Assembly: GCA_973895155.1 (NCBI GenBank)
Contig: OZ316895.1
Location: 9,598,184-9,662,183, forward strand
Direction: 5' to 3'
Origin: Marsupella aquatica
Lineage: Eukaryota; Plantae; Marchantiophyta
Length of the DNA stretch: 64,000 nucleotides
Shown piece after piece: positions 34,909 through 48,800 of the stretch. A program made the position numbers and the translations under genes. The notes under the pieces are model-generated. The model made no database searches, was not told the origin of the DNA, and was given only the letters and a program-made list of their open reading frames with translations. Each line of letters starts with the position of its first letter. Within the stretch, counting starts at the first letter, position 1.

Positions 34909-37676
34909 ATGGAGGGGAATGGCACGGCTGGGGGGGAGGAGACGGAGCAGCCAGGGTGGGTGGAGATGGAGCAGGGCCGTCACAGCAGATCTCGGACATT
35001 ATGGCAGAGATTTTCAAGAGGCAAGCAGGCCTGTCTGCTGAAGCTGCAGCCATAGCAGCTCAATTGACCCAGGGCCTGATTGACGAATCCAGGCAATCTG
35101 CCATAAGTGAAGCAGAGAAGGCTTTCATGGAGAGGCTAGAGAAAGGAAAGGAGAAACAAAGAAAGAGGAAGGAGGAGAGGAAAGGCAGGCCAGTGGAGGC
35201 CCTCTCACCACAAGAAAGAGAGAAGAGGCTTAGAAAGGAGGCTCGAGCTGCAGAGAGGGCAAGGATTGAGGAAGAGAGGCTACGAGCAGAGGAAAGGGCC
35301 AAACGGCCAAAATTGTTCATTAATAAGGGAGGAGCTCCGATGACAAATAGCTACAATTTGTTCAGAAGTCAGCTAGGGCAGGTGTTGAGGGCAAATTTCA
35401 GCCCCTTAGACTACTGGGAGAAGAAGAAAGAAGAGGAGAAATTTCAAGCAAGGGAGCAAGTGAAGGAGCGATTCTGTAATGGCTGCTTCCTGGATGATCG
35501 ATGGCTGAATAAGAAGATCTCACGTTCACTTGCAGATAGACGTAATAATGTGAGAGAAAAGATGAGGAAGTACCTGGCAGATTGTAAGGAGGAGGCAGAG
35601 GTGATCAGGCAGAGAGATCCCCCGGATGAGATACCAGCTGATGCCTGGTCTGCTTGGATTGATGTTGAGCTACAGGTTCGTGCTTGGCAAGCGAGACGTC
35701 ACTGGCAGGTTGAGCTCGATGAGGCAGAGAAGAGGGTCCTTTCAGGACAGACTGTTGACATCCCCCTCCTGCAGCAAAACTTAATGGAATGGGAGGCCAA
35801 ATTAGCACTGCTTGGAGACCCTCCACTTTACATTCAAAATGCAATTGAGAGGGTGGAGAAGAGACCTGCAGTTACTCACCGAATGGGGCAGGGTGGAGCG
35901 CATCGTCTCAAAGCAGAGTTTGTAAGTCCTCTGCTCCCCTCCTCCTTGCTCGCCTCCTTGCTGAATTTTCACCTTGAAATTGGGTCCTCCCTCTCCCTGA
36001 TCACCTCAGGCACAACCTTGGCTATGCCTGCATAAGTCCTCCCAGACCTCCCCTCTTATCCCTCTGCGTTTGTTATCGAGCCTGTATCGCAAGTTTTGAT
36101 GTGTCCTTATTTTTTTCTATTTCCGATTCTATTCCGATTGCTGAAGAGTCAGAAATGGAGTGGGACTCTCTCTTATGGGTTTTGGACGCAAGGCTTCCGA
36201 TTATGGTCCGATTACCTGAGAATCGGACCCTGCATCGGACCTTAGGTTTTGGGGTTTAGGGTGGAGGGGTCCGATTAGGGAAGCATCGGAAAAATTCAAA
36301 ATTTTGAATATTTGATTGTTTTAGGCCACGCCGGGGGGTTTGTTTTTTTTAAGGAGTGTCGGGCTTAGGTTGTCGTTGCTTTTTGCGATAGTTAGGCCAC
36401 GATAATAAGGGAGTATTTTATATAGGTAGAGTGGGTAGTGATACCCATGAGTTGAAAGGGATGTGGGGGTGTTAGGGAATTTTTCTAAGTAATGTGTGGG
36501 GCTAGGTAGGGATTATTATTCATTAAGTAATGTGGGGGATTTGGTAGGGATTAACTTTTAAAATAATGTATTTCAAGTAATGGGGGGTTTCAATTTTATT
36601 CTCATTTGCCAGGGAGGGGGGTTAATTATTATCTTGAGTATGGTGCAGGAGCGAGAGCATGGACGCCCAATCTTGCCACCTGAGAGAGAGTTGGCTAAGA
36701 AATTTGGAACGCGGGCTCTGAAACTTCACATGCAGGACGAGTTGGGGTCGGTAAGTATATGCACAATTGAAAACCATATTTCTAACCTTTGATGCAACAT
36801 GGTTATAATCACTCCCTTGTAGGTCATTTTCAACACTAACACTTGGGTTCATGGTTGCTTACATGTATGTAGGAGTCAAATGAGGAGTCGGAGGGTTTGG
36901 ACTCAGCCGAGGAGGGTTCGGGGGCCTCAGATTCAGAGTCTGAGGCTGAGGAGGGGAGTGTGGCACCCACCCCTGTTCGCTTGATTGGCGGCACATCCCG
37001 AGGGACTCGAGATAGTCATTCTAGACGGAGGACTGATGGTGATGTAGGTGGCCGTAGAGCAGCAGGAGGTAGTGGGGGTGCTACAGCTGCTGGAGGTGGT
37101 GTTGGGACAAGTGGTAGTGGGCGCCGGGGCGGTTTTGATCGATCTGCAGGTGCTGGTGGGCGGGGTAGTACTGGGGCCCATAGTGGTTCTCATAGGCCCG
37201 GGTCTGGTGGGGGGGTTGGTAGTGGGCCCCATGGTGGTTCTCGCTGCCATTCAGGGGTTGTTGGCGGGAATGGTTCTCGCCATTCAGGGGCTAGTGGTGG
37301 AGGGGCTAGTGGGGGTGGGAGCACTGCTCGTGGTCATTCAGGGGCCAACAGGGTGAGTGGGACTGCAGTTGGTGGCATTGGTGATGGGACTCCATCTCAC
37401 CAGTCAGGGGCTAGTGGAGGTGGAGGGTCTCACCACTCTGCAGCCCAAGGGGGTAGTGGAAGTGCATCATTTCATACTTGCTCCGATGTTGGGGGTGTTA
37501 CAGTGCCTTCTCATGACTTAGAAGGTGATGTTGGTGACGTTGGTACCGCGATAGCTCCAAGCACCACAGCTGCAACTGCATCTCATGCTGTCATTGATAG
37601 GGTCCTAGGGTTAGTGCCAGATGCCACTACCCGACCAGAGAGTTATCGCCCTCATGCCAAGAAGAGGAAGGGATGA
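34909..37676 (+). CDS. CACTA A second gene (Ptta/En/Spm TnpA-like; exons ~34909-35921, 36649-36750, 36873-37676; Gly/Ser-rich tail, KKRK end)
   Basis: Phase-0 GT-AG introns keep the frame. HRMGQGG motif. A 1-nt deletion in G7 (34930-34936) separates the ATG from the main ORF. Confidence 0.65.
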
Positions 37677-39975
37677 CATGCACCAACATATGGATAGGCC
37701 AGGTAGCTTAGCATAGGACCATTTGTAGGTAGGCCACGATACCATGCAGGTTGAGATGGATTATACACCTGTACATGTAAAGGTTGTACTTTCCATGCTA
37801 GAGGAGGCCATCCTCTTTTGTATATATAATGGCAGGGGTTTCCCCCTTTTGAGTCTCACTACCATTCTTGCTACCCATGCTCACTTCCATGCATCCCAAC
37901 ATTGTAACCCCCACACCCCCAAAATTAATAATCGGAAATTTTACCCCTTCAATTATCCGATACTCCTCCGATCTTAAAAATATCGGAATGTCCGATTCTC
38001 CCAAACTCGGAATTTGCCATCCCCAGAGAATCGATCTTTCCGATACCGTTGGTTACGGTCTTTCCGATACTTCTAGTAACGGTATTTTCGATCTTTATAA
38101 CAACGGTATGTTCGATACTTTTATTTACGGTCTTTGCGTAACCTTTTGATACGCAATATGCAATATTTAAAGTTACCCAAAGTCCGATTCTTTACGTATC
38201 GGAAGTGGATCGGAAGTGTATCGGCTCCCCTCTTCCATTTCCGATTTGCAGAACATCGGACGGCTGATTTTCCGTTATTTTTGGGTACGCAAAGTGCGTT
38301 AAGTTTTGTATCGCAAAGTCCGATTATCTTCCGATTGTCGTTATCCGATGGGTTGAGAGTCGGAATTTGCGATACGTTTAGAGTCGGATGAGATGTTTTT
38401 CTTGGAAAAATTTTACAAAGGGATCCGAAGGTGTCCATATCGGAAATTGGCCTCATAATGTACTAGTGTTTACTGTCAACAGTTTCCTTGTCCTTAGTCC
38501 ACCACTTACAATGGTTCACCTGCCACCTCTTGAGATTTCTCATAGCGGTCGACTAATGTCTATTGGGGTGGGAGCAGTAGTAATCACTAGAACCTGATAG
38601 TGTCTGAGTTGTTCTGGCTGTTGGATAATATACAACCTATCGGAAGGCCCCCTTCCAGCAAGTTTTGTAGGTTTAGGATGCCAATTCTGGAAGCTGTTCA
38701 TGTCTTTTTGCGAAAAGTTGACAACCAGGAGTAAGAGCTTGTTCTTTCCGAGGTTTTTCGGGCTCACAGACAAGATGGCTGTTCAATTCTTATACTCATG
38801 ATGATCTTCCCAACATAAAAATTATAAAAAATTATAAAAAAAAGATCACAACTTTGATTGTTGTAGACCTCTAAGGTATGTAGTACGATAGGGATCCGAG
38901 TGAAGTTGTCCCAAAATTATCGTATGAACTTGAGTTGCCAACAGGTCCCATTAAAAATAAATGCCAATATTCAAAGTTGTTGTCTGCCTGTCACTACGCT
39001 CTATTGGTAGTTGTGATATCTTGCAAGTACTTCTCTCCTTGTCTTGGCTGTTTTTCATGTGTTGTCAATCTGGTTGCCATGGTGCGTTGTAAATACTCGA
39101 AAGGCTTGAAGTGTGAAGTCTCTCGAAAGGCCTGCCAAAGGTATTCCTCTAGATTGCGATTGGACAGCACTTGAGCAATTGGAAGCTGGTCGTGGAAGAG
39201 CAGGAGTGGAAAACCTGACGCCTGCAATCTTGTAGGTATTTTGGAGCTTGCAGCTCGGCAATCCGGAATTGCACTTGAAATTCTCTTATGAATGTCCTAC
39301 GTGCTTGCATTTTCAATTGCATGCTGAATTGTTTTTTCTGTCATGTTTTTGCCTGTTCTTCCCTGCCTTGCTATATTGTCACTTGCATGTGGTTATAAGG
39401 TTATGTGGCCTCCTGGTGGTGATTATTTAGCCATCTATAAGCTCCATTGATCTTGTAACTCGTCAACATTCTTTCATTCCCCTCACGGCCTCCAATGCAC
39501 CCACAATGTTGCTCTTGAACTCCATTGCCTCCTTAGCTCCTAAAACCCCTATTGCATGCGCTAAACCTGTAGACAATGTCCTTGGCCCGCTTCATGTAAT
39601 AGACAGTGAATGCCTACGAAACCTCAGCTTCCTTCCTCACTGTTACTGTCTGTCTAGTACCTTTAAGACACAGTTTTAATTCTCTGAGCCCTTAATTCCA
39701 ATGTTGTTACTCGGGCAGGGACTGACTACATCCCTTTAACATTGAGAGAGACATATGAACCTGGGGAGATGCAATATGATGAGGTTGATGATGTGCAATA
39801 GGCAGCGGCTGAAGATTCACTTTGATGAGGTTGAGGATGACTACATGCACATAGTCATAGAACGGGAATTGCTTCCCGAAATGATGTTTTGGTCATGTCC
39901 ATATGCATGAAATTGATTGATACTTTGAATTTAGTGTGCTCATTTAGCCTGGGTTTGGTTGTGGATGCTATGCAG

Positions 39976-42900
39976 AAACTATGGGGGAAGAGGGTGAAGA
40001 CATGGAGACAGACATGGGGCTTGGAGAGTGGGGTGAAGAGGAAAGATTGGATATGGATGGACATCCAGATGCAAGGGGCTCACAGAAAAATGCACCTGTG
40101 CAGGATGCACAGGGCCCTGATCAAGTGCCAGGTAGGTGGGCAGCCAGAGAAAAATCACGTAATCCATACCCTAGAAGGAGCCAGAGTTATTGGCAAGGGA
40201 CGCCTGATGATTATGATGATGACTACGATGGAGCAAAAGATGGATGGGGTGAATATGAATGCCCAGAGCGTGGTAGAGATGGGTACAGAGGGCAATGGAA
40301 AGATCAGGAGGATGATTGGACAAGTAAGTGCTTTGTGCTAGTGATTTTGTGATGGTAGTAGAAATTGTAGCTCAATATGGAATTATCTGATGTCTAGGGC
40401 AAAGAGTGTATCTAACCGGTCCATGAGTGTGGCATGTGCCTGTTGGTGAATGCAGACTCTGATTGGGACAATCATGAAAACAACAAAGGCCATCCACGTT
40501 CAGATAGGAGGCAATCATTCACAGGCAGGAGAAACGGCCCTAATTCATCAAGACAAGGCAATTGGACAGATGGTCCAGAACCATCTATGCGCCCAGGGAG
40601 AGGTAACTTGGTCATTGCAAAATTGCTCTGAAGCTCAGTGTATATTTGGCAGCAAAATTTATGCTTCATACTTAAAAAATGGTTCCCGTAAATGTGCAGG
40701 GACTCCAGGGAGGTTTGCACAATGCGCTCTAGGCCGTGGTGCAGGCCGTGGGGGCCCAGGCCGTGGGGGGACACCAGGCCATGGAGGGACACCTAGTAGC
40801 GCTTCAGGGAGTACCAAGGCAGGAGACAGTAACAAATTTGGTAAAGTAGAAGTGAATTTCGATGGTTGGATAACTCCCACATGTGATGGTAAGAACCGCT
40901 GGCATTCTAACTTGAGAGGAGAAGTATTGCGCTGGTTAGATTTGAGCATTACAGAGTTTAGGAGTCAGAACAAAGCCGATTGGGCTGCTATTTGCAAGGA
41001 CATTCTTGAACGGTGGGAGTATGTTGGTAATGATGGTAAGGGCCCAGTTGAAGATTGCGTATCAGATTATGCAATGAGGATTTTGAAACAAGAGAGACAT
41101 AGGTTGAAAAGGATGTGGATAGACAATGGTTCTAACAGGAGAATGCCAACACCCCCATCATTGGAACTGGATCAATGGACACGGTTAATCAAAGGGTTCA
41201 TGTCAGAGGCTGGGCAGAGCAAGAGTGAACTGATGTCAAATGCTCGAGGCAAAGTGAAACACCTTTCACAGGCTGGGAGAGGAAGTTATGCTCCAGTGAA
41301 AGAACAACTGGTAAGGCATGTCTGATAATAAGCGTAGCCTATCACTAATCATCTTGCTACTATTATTGCATTTTCATTGACAATCAACAGTTGCTTTAAT
41401 TCATATGTATGTTGATGTGGCATATAGAAGAAATTGACAGGTGAAGAACCATCAGCACAAGAAGTGAGAGAGGAGTTCATGAAACAAAGGAGTGAGGTGA
41501 CAAGTGTGACTTCCAAACAGGTGATTATGTTGTAATTCTGTGATGTTCGATAGCATCAGAAGGAAATGTAGTAGAAAGTAAGCAACCAGTTCTTGGGGAC
41601 AGTTATCTGAGATATGTAAGCTGTGTGATTACAGGGAACTGTTACAACTCTTGCAAAGATGTGTGAACGGTTGAAGTCATTAGAGTGTGGACTTCCTCGA
41701 GTGGAAAGTAAATTGGGTGATCGTTTGGATATTTTGGAGGCATCTGTAGCAAACCTACTTGCATCAGTGGAATCTAATTTCAAGCTTGTGATTGAGAAAT
41801 TGGGTGGTTCTCAGCCAAACAATGAGGGCAACCTTGTACAAAGTGTGCCCTTGTTAACAAAAAAGGGAATTGGCAAATCTGACACAGGTATGGAAATGAC
41901 ACCGGCCCATTGTTCATTGTGTCCTATGTTCAAATATTAGAAGTGGGTTTTCATGAATTGAGTGAATGGTTTGAATGCAGGAAGAGTGGAGGCATCGAAG
42001 GGCCCTGTAATCAGTAAGCAGAAGGGCAAGAAGGTTGCTGAGACAGGTAACCTGCTATGATCCAGTAGATTACATTTGAAAAGTGCATGGAGTTTTGTGA
42101 AGCTTAAGCCGATTGGAGGTAATCTTTTCTATAAGAACTGGTTGGATCAACTGGGATCTGAAGTGACATCATGATTAACTTGCTTCAGGTGACTCAAAGA
42201 GCAATAATGAAAAGGATGTGCCCAGTGCCTCAGTGACCATAGCCAAGGAGGTATCAGGTAAGCTGATGCTTTAAATTCCTCTATATGAATGTTGAGAGAC
42301 AATTCAATGGTTAATAGATTCAACCTGAATATTGTGGTGTGTTTATTGATCAGCAGAAGCAGACATGGAGGATATGGCAATGGCAAAGAAGGGGAAGAAG
42401 GCTGTTCATAATGGTAAGGAGATAGTGACAACTTTGTGGTTGGTGACATGTACATGTAGCACATGTGATGAGTGATTCACTTATGTTGGACAATGGCACT
42501 GAATTGTAGTTGATGCAGAGTTGTCAGACTCTCAACCAAGTGGGAGCAAGGTGAAGCGACGTCAAAATTTGGGAGCAACATTGGATGCAAGTAAGATTGT
42601 AGATGCTTCAATTGAAGCAAGTACAATGTTGGCATATACTGAGATGATGTCGGAGGGAAATCCTGCTACACAATCGGAAGTGTCAAATATGGATGCAGAT
42701 TCTTTGAAGAAGAGTGTAGCCAATTCTCGATCACCAGCACAAAACACTCGTGCCAAAGTCATGACTCGCAACCAAGGTATGAATAATATCATGTATAAGC
42801 CACCCAGGAAAGCCAAGAAAAACAGCCAGGGTAAGGTGGAGGTGATAGCCATATAGCAGAGCCAGTCCATAATCTTCAATCATGGGAGGATGACTCACAG

Positions 42901-43116
42901 GTATGTGTGGGTACAGGCATTTCATGACCGGATCATGCTAAATTCCATGGCAAAGTGGTCCCCGATGACCATGTAGTAGTGTTGTTGACTATAGTGATTG
43001 TATCTGATTGTAATTTGCCATTTCCGAATAGAGATGATGATCCACCTCAGGAAATAATTGCAGATGCAGTAGGATCTCTTGTGCTCTGGCCATCAGAGTG
43101 TGTTAGTCTGCAGTGA
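39976..43116 (+). pseudogene. CACTA B TnpA-like multi-exon gene
   Basis: KNRWHSNLRGEVLRWLD...WTRLI...KSELMSNAR and C-terminal DDPPQ..ADAVGSLVLWP. Homologous to 45873-49581. In-frame TAG at 42854. Confidence 0.8.
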
Positions 43117-43909
43117 CTGAATGCAAGTGTAGATAGAACCATGTGAATTGTGTTACATTTTGACATTGCCTTGGAAAGATCCAAGAAATATCTGTACCAA
43201 TTTTTCCATTTGGTAAAGAGGATGATGGATTCGTTATCATTATGTGTGACATGTATATATTTCTGAATTCTGTGTGTATGTATGAAACAAGTGATTGATG
43301 TCAAACTATGGCTGTAAGGTGACCATTGGATGATACTAGAATCTGTTTTGTATCATTTCAATATTAGTGTGTATGGTAGTTTCATGCTTTGTGACCTTAT
43401 AGAGTGAGTTCATTTACAGTACACAAAAAAACATGAATGGAATGTCTTATTTGTGCACATTCCAAGTAGTATAGTGGGGTCTTCATCACTCATTTCGAGT
43501 TGACATGAAAGACTTATACATACCCCACTAAGTATCTCCTTTAGTCGCTTTATAGACCCACAAAGTAAACTTAAAGACTACCCTCCATAACTTGTTTAGT
43601 CCTTCCCAACACTCACCATCGCACCCCTTAAAAGACTGAAAATGACTCACCAAAGCTACCCAAACAAAGACTACAATAGACTGAAAATCCAGTCTATTAA
43701 ACGACTCATGAACCAGTTCTATAAAGGACTCAGTTGATTATAGTAACAAAATATACGACTCACAGTCGTTTCCGAGTCCTATACGGTACTACATAGTCGT
43801 TTAATGGGGTCTAAATACCCCCCGGTTTCTACTAGTGGTACCCTTTGCATGCAAGGACTCCAATTTCAGTGTAAGCACAAGAGAGATTGGGATCTGCACA
43901 TGGTCAGTT

Positions 43910-43983
43910 AAGCTTGTCCCATTGAAGCTTGTCCCATTGATCAAAGCTTGTCCCGTTGAAGCTTGTCCCATTGATCAAAGCTT
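43910..43983. repeat. Short tandem repeat AAGCTTGTCCCATTG(ATCA) x4
   Basis: Alternating 15- and 19-bp units (a 34-bp unit repeated twice). Confidence 0.85.
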
Positions 43984-45872
43984 CTCTATGTGCTTGGTCC
44001 ATGTGCAGTCGGGGCTAGGCCCTACACTCCAATCAATCTCCTCAACATGTATGGTGGACAGTCTCCAATTTACTCACAGACACACTCGGATCGATCAAAC
44101 TTCATTCCAAAACTCCTAACCAGGACCACCCAACAAGTATGACTCAATGGCTGTAAGCACTCATTGCCATTGGGTGTCAGTTCCAAGGCCCCCCCCCCTC
44201 ACAGGCAACCTGCTTCTCCTTCAAAGAGCGCTACATTGCCAGCGATGAAATCCAGCAGTCTCCATTGAGGCAGTCACTTCCTCAATGGTCTCCTTGAATT
44301 TGATGGGCCCTGCAAGCAATTCCTATGTCTATAGCAGAAATGACAGAACAAAAATGATGCTTTACCTTCAAAAACACAAGCCCTGTTTGCCAAAGCACAT
44401 TCCACCTGATAAAATAAATGTAGAACCAAGAAACAACCGGGAATAACTTTCTATTCAAGTCTGAATAAATCAGTGGCACTGCGGAACATACCAGTGAATT
44501 TTGTAGGTGATCGAAGCTTTGGTTCACGTCTTTGCTAGTGATTGTCCAATGTCCGATGCTTAGTACCCCACCTGTGGATCATCCCAAGTTTGTCAAGTTT
44601 AAGTAGAGTAGGCAGCAACATAAGAACTTTTCCATATGTTGCCAGAGTCAAAATTTTGCTTTACAAAATTTGGCAGGTTCATCATCATTGTTTCCCCTTG
44701 AGGAAACTCAGACTCTTGAGACTCTTGGTTACTTCGGACATACAAATCCATCGACTGCATAGTTATATAAATTATGTTTACAAAACGTTTGGTGCCCACT
44801 AGCACAACCATATTGACAGGTGACCACTTGGGGTCATGTCCATAGTTCCTACTGGTTTAGTATTTGTAATTAGGTGATTATTCCAAAAAGAGAGTTAAAG
44901 TATCAAAACCATAAATTTTTAAAAAATTTAAGTTTTTATAAGGCCCTTTAAGCAAAATTAAGTTAGTATAAGCTCAAATGGGTAAGGATACCATTGGAAG
45001 ACGTCAAGGGTACTCTGCACTAGAAGAATCCGAGGTGAACTGAGACCGCAATATATGACTCATTTTGGCTCATGTGACTTCATTGTGACTCAATGTGACT
45101 TGACCCACGCTGTGACCCTTGGAGTTGCAAAAGTTGAGACCAAAAAATGGAAGTCACTATTGATACTGGGCTTTGCAACTTGCTTGATACCCATTTGTGA
45201 CTGATCTGTGACTTTATTGTGGAGTCTAGCCTTGTTTCGACGTGACTGCAATATGACTTCAGCGAGTCACATCGTAAGTCACATACATGACTTACCCGCA
45301 TTCAACAACGACTAGCGTGTGACTATTTAGTGTCACAGGAGAGACCAATAGAGACCCTGGCCCGCGTCACACAACAGAACCATTTGGGACTCTATATACT
45401 CATGTTTATAACTAATAAGGTTCACATGCAAGTTATAACCATGACTAATGAACACAGATGGACAGTTCATAAGGAGAGAGAGCACTCGACATTACAATAC
45501 ATAGAAACCTGATGTTCTAACTTTAGAAATATAACACATTGAATACAAGAAATGAACATAGCATGAATGACATCCACATGAAACAAAGCATCATATAAGC
45601 AGATCCTACATAAAACATTCATAAGAATTAAACACAATCACAATCTTGCTAAAAAATGAAGATCATTTGAATTCCAATGGAATAGTTTACAATGTGATCA
45701 ATGTAATTTAGACAAAACAGGAACTCATAATTGATGACTGTAGGATGAGATAACTGAAAGCACATGCATGATACTATGAATCTCCAAGAGGACATGATTC
45801 TTGTACTGCTTCTTGACATCTAAAATCTACATAACATGACTCACACTACAAACAAATAATGGCATGACATTG

Positions 45873-48800
45873 TTATGGATCCTCTATGAACTTGCTTGGC
45901 CATAATACCAAAGAACCTACAGCATCTCCAAGTGTCTTTTGAGGAGGATCATCATTTGTGTTTGGAATGGGAAGGACAGCTTTAGGTTTCACTAGTAATG
46001 TGACTAACACTACTGAATAACCTGGGGGAATCCTCTTGCCATGGAACGTTGTGGAACCAACCTGCACTCTGGCAAATCCTACTCGTGTTCCACTCTCATC
46101 AACAGCTAACAAGCCACTTTGTCCCTCAGCATTAGCTACTTTCCCCACTTCCACCTTAGATCTTTCTGCCAGCACTGTTCTTGGAGGTTTGTATGAAACC
46201 TTTGACGTGGCTCTGCTCCCACCAGCAGACTTGCTTCGTGTGCGCATGCTTCCTCTCTTCATAGTAGTGAAGCTAGGCTCAGTAGGTTCCTCTGTTAGGA
46301 CTGTCACAGTAGCAGGTTCATCACCTGGGAGTGTCATACCAACTAACTCTTTGGTTGGATTTATCTCAACAAGAGGCACACCTGTCATTGAGAATGATAC
46401 ATTCTGCAAATCATTTATCTCTACAATGGAGTCAAGATCTACATAGCATGAATCTGGCTCAATGGTATCATTGTCATGCTTGCTGATATCCTCATTTGCC
46501 CCAATATTGATATCATCCACTCCCTTGCCAATGTCATCCTCATCCAAACATGGTTGACTGCCCTCTGTCAAACAAGTTGCTTGTACAGACTGCAATTTTG
46601 TTGCCTCTAAATTACAGCGAGTATTTGCCAGGTTCTCATACTTCTTCTCTGTAGCACCTGTCTTATTCTCTATGGACACAACAACCACAATATATGTTAC
46701 TGAAAATAACACATTCAACAAACAATGTCAATTCAAACTATACATTTAATAATCATATCCCACACAGTAGTAAAGGCCTTACCTTCAAGCCTACATGTCG
46801 TTGGCATGCCAGAAGAGTGCATCGACTTTGCCACCTCAAGTGGTGATGGTGGAACTCCTGCAGAATTGGAATCAATTTTATCTCTCACCGACACAACAGC
46901 TTCCATTAATGTCTTGAAGTTCACATGGAACAAGTCAGTCAATGAATTCAAACGTTCATTGATCTCTGGAAGACATGTTTCGACAGCCTTCAAACGACCA
47001 CTTATCTCTGTAAGTGAAGATCCACCTCCCTACATGACACAGGGGTATAGGTTCAATCACTCCATATGAAATGTTGGGCAATATATGCACAATCAATGTT
47101 ATATACAGTGTACACCTGAAATTCAACGCAGGTCATTCAATTACCAATCAGAACTCATATAACTTACATGCTTGGAGGATTCAGATGCACCCTCTTGAGC
47201 CCGGGTGTTCACAATTTCAGCCCTCAACTCTTCTTTTGAAGGGCTTTGCCCCAATTGGGCTTTCTGCACATGCATGGCAAACACAAGTTATCGATCAATA
47301 TTCAGGGAACGTACACTAAAAAACAAAGTTTACATGTATGGGTTTACACTAAAAAACAGTACATAGTGTAGCATAAATTACATAGCTAGGCCATTCATTC
47401 TTACCAAACGTTTAGTTGTCGGTGCAGTGCCGGTCCTTCTTGTCAGATTAGGGTTCTGAACACTCAACCTGGCCTCGGTCATCTGTGAACTCTTCTTTTT
47501 TGAAGCATCTGTTACAAAATAAGCTACTAACCTTGCCCACACTTTATCATCACAACTGGCTGGTGGAGGCATATCTAGCTTCTCCCCACCTTCCTTCCAA
47601 GCCTTATGCATTCTCCACCTCTCTTGCTTGATAATTTTACCTACTGTACTCTCTAGGCAACCTATGTCCACGCCATCATCACTACCCACATAATTCCATT
47701 TGGCAGCAACATTTTCACATACAGTCTTCCAATCTTTTGGATGCTGTTTTTTAAAATTAATAACACTCACATCTAACCAACGCAATACTTCAGCTTTCAA
47801 ATCAGCATGCCATCGGTTCTTGCGAGGACACTCAGCATCCACCCATTGTCTCTCATTCAACTTTACGTTCCCTTTCTTTGTCACCTCCCCTCGTGCACTA
47901 CTCTCGGTAGTACTGGGCGTTGTATTGGCCACCCCTTCATTCACCCTACCTGGGGTTCTGAAGCCACCTGGGAAAATACAATGCCATTCATGCTTGAGAA
48001 CTACATATAGCAGAATGGATGACGGCAACATTCAATGCTTCACTTCAAGAAAAATTCTTCAAACATACATACCTGTAGCTCTGCCTGTAGATGCCTGTGC
48101 AGGGACTGCACTCTGAAATTGTTGCGACCTTGGACCACCTGTCCAGCCTAGTACAGGGGCCGGATGATGTCACTTTCTAGGTATGTGTGTGCAAACATAT
48201 GTACTGAAAACTAAGTACAAACTGTAGGAAAACAACTGAACATTCACCGACATACCTGTCCCCCTTCCGTGTTGCATCTGCATAGGGGCATTAGTGAATA
48301 CTTGAGTCGATGGTTCGACTGTCCAACCTGCACACATACATTTTCTATCATTATACATGTGCAGAGTCCCCCGAACGTGAATGGACTCCACATATAATGA
48401 GTTCTTCCATTGCTGACAAGATCAGACATTACCTGCTCCTCTTCCAGTGTTTGTAGGTACTGAATTTTGATAGATCCCTGCCAATTACCTTCACCACCTT
48501 CCCAACCTTGTTCATTCCACGACCCACCACCATCCTCCCAACCTGGTTCAACCCATGTCTGTCCTTGTGGACATTGGAACTGATCATTACTAGCATTTGC
48601 CCAATCAGGTTGGGCAGAATCTGCATGCAATGGCAGGTGGACAGAATTTCATGTTGTCTGAATCCAATACATCCCAAACAATGTCAAAAATTGATATGCA
48701 GTCTGAAATTCAGGAGTGCCATGCCTTCACAAAGAACTGGCATATAGATATATACTCACATCCCCATGGTTGAGGTGGACGTCCATACCCACGAGATTGT

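Larger units (their letters stand above)
28412..38468. mobile_element. CACTA element A (10,057 bp)
   Basis: TIR CACTAGTACATT at both ends; 3-bp TSD TTT; dense TCCGAT/ATCGGA subterminal repeats (~28430-28920 and ~37930-38450). Confidence 0.95.
27540..38842 (+). other. Retrocopy of SmE mRNA with UTRs and A-rich tail, interrupted by CACTA A
   Basis: 16-bp TSD AGATCACAACTTTGAT at 27524-27539 and 38843-38858; A-rich tail ~38815-38842; intronless CDS. Confidence 0.85.
24621..43837 (+). mobile_element. CACTA element B (non-autonomous; left terminus damaged)
   Basis: Right TIR reads CACTAGTAGAAACCGGGG..ATTTAGACC (43837). The left end has AGTAGAAACCGGGG..ATTTAGACC at 24621 but lacks CACT. AAAGACT/ACGACT subterminal motifs occur at both ends. 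Confidence 0.7.

Noticed and set aside
36897-37676. Host glycine-rich protein gene
   Set aside because: It is in frame with upstream exons and is the last exon of CACTA A ORF2.
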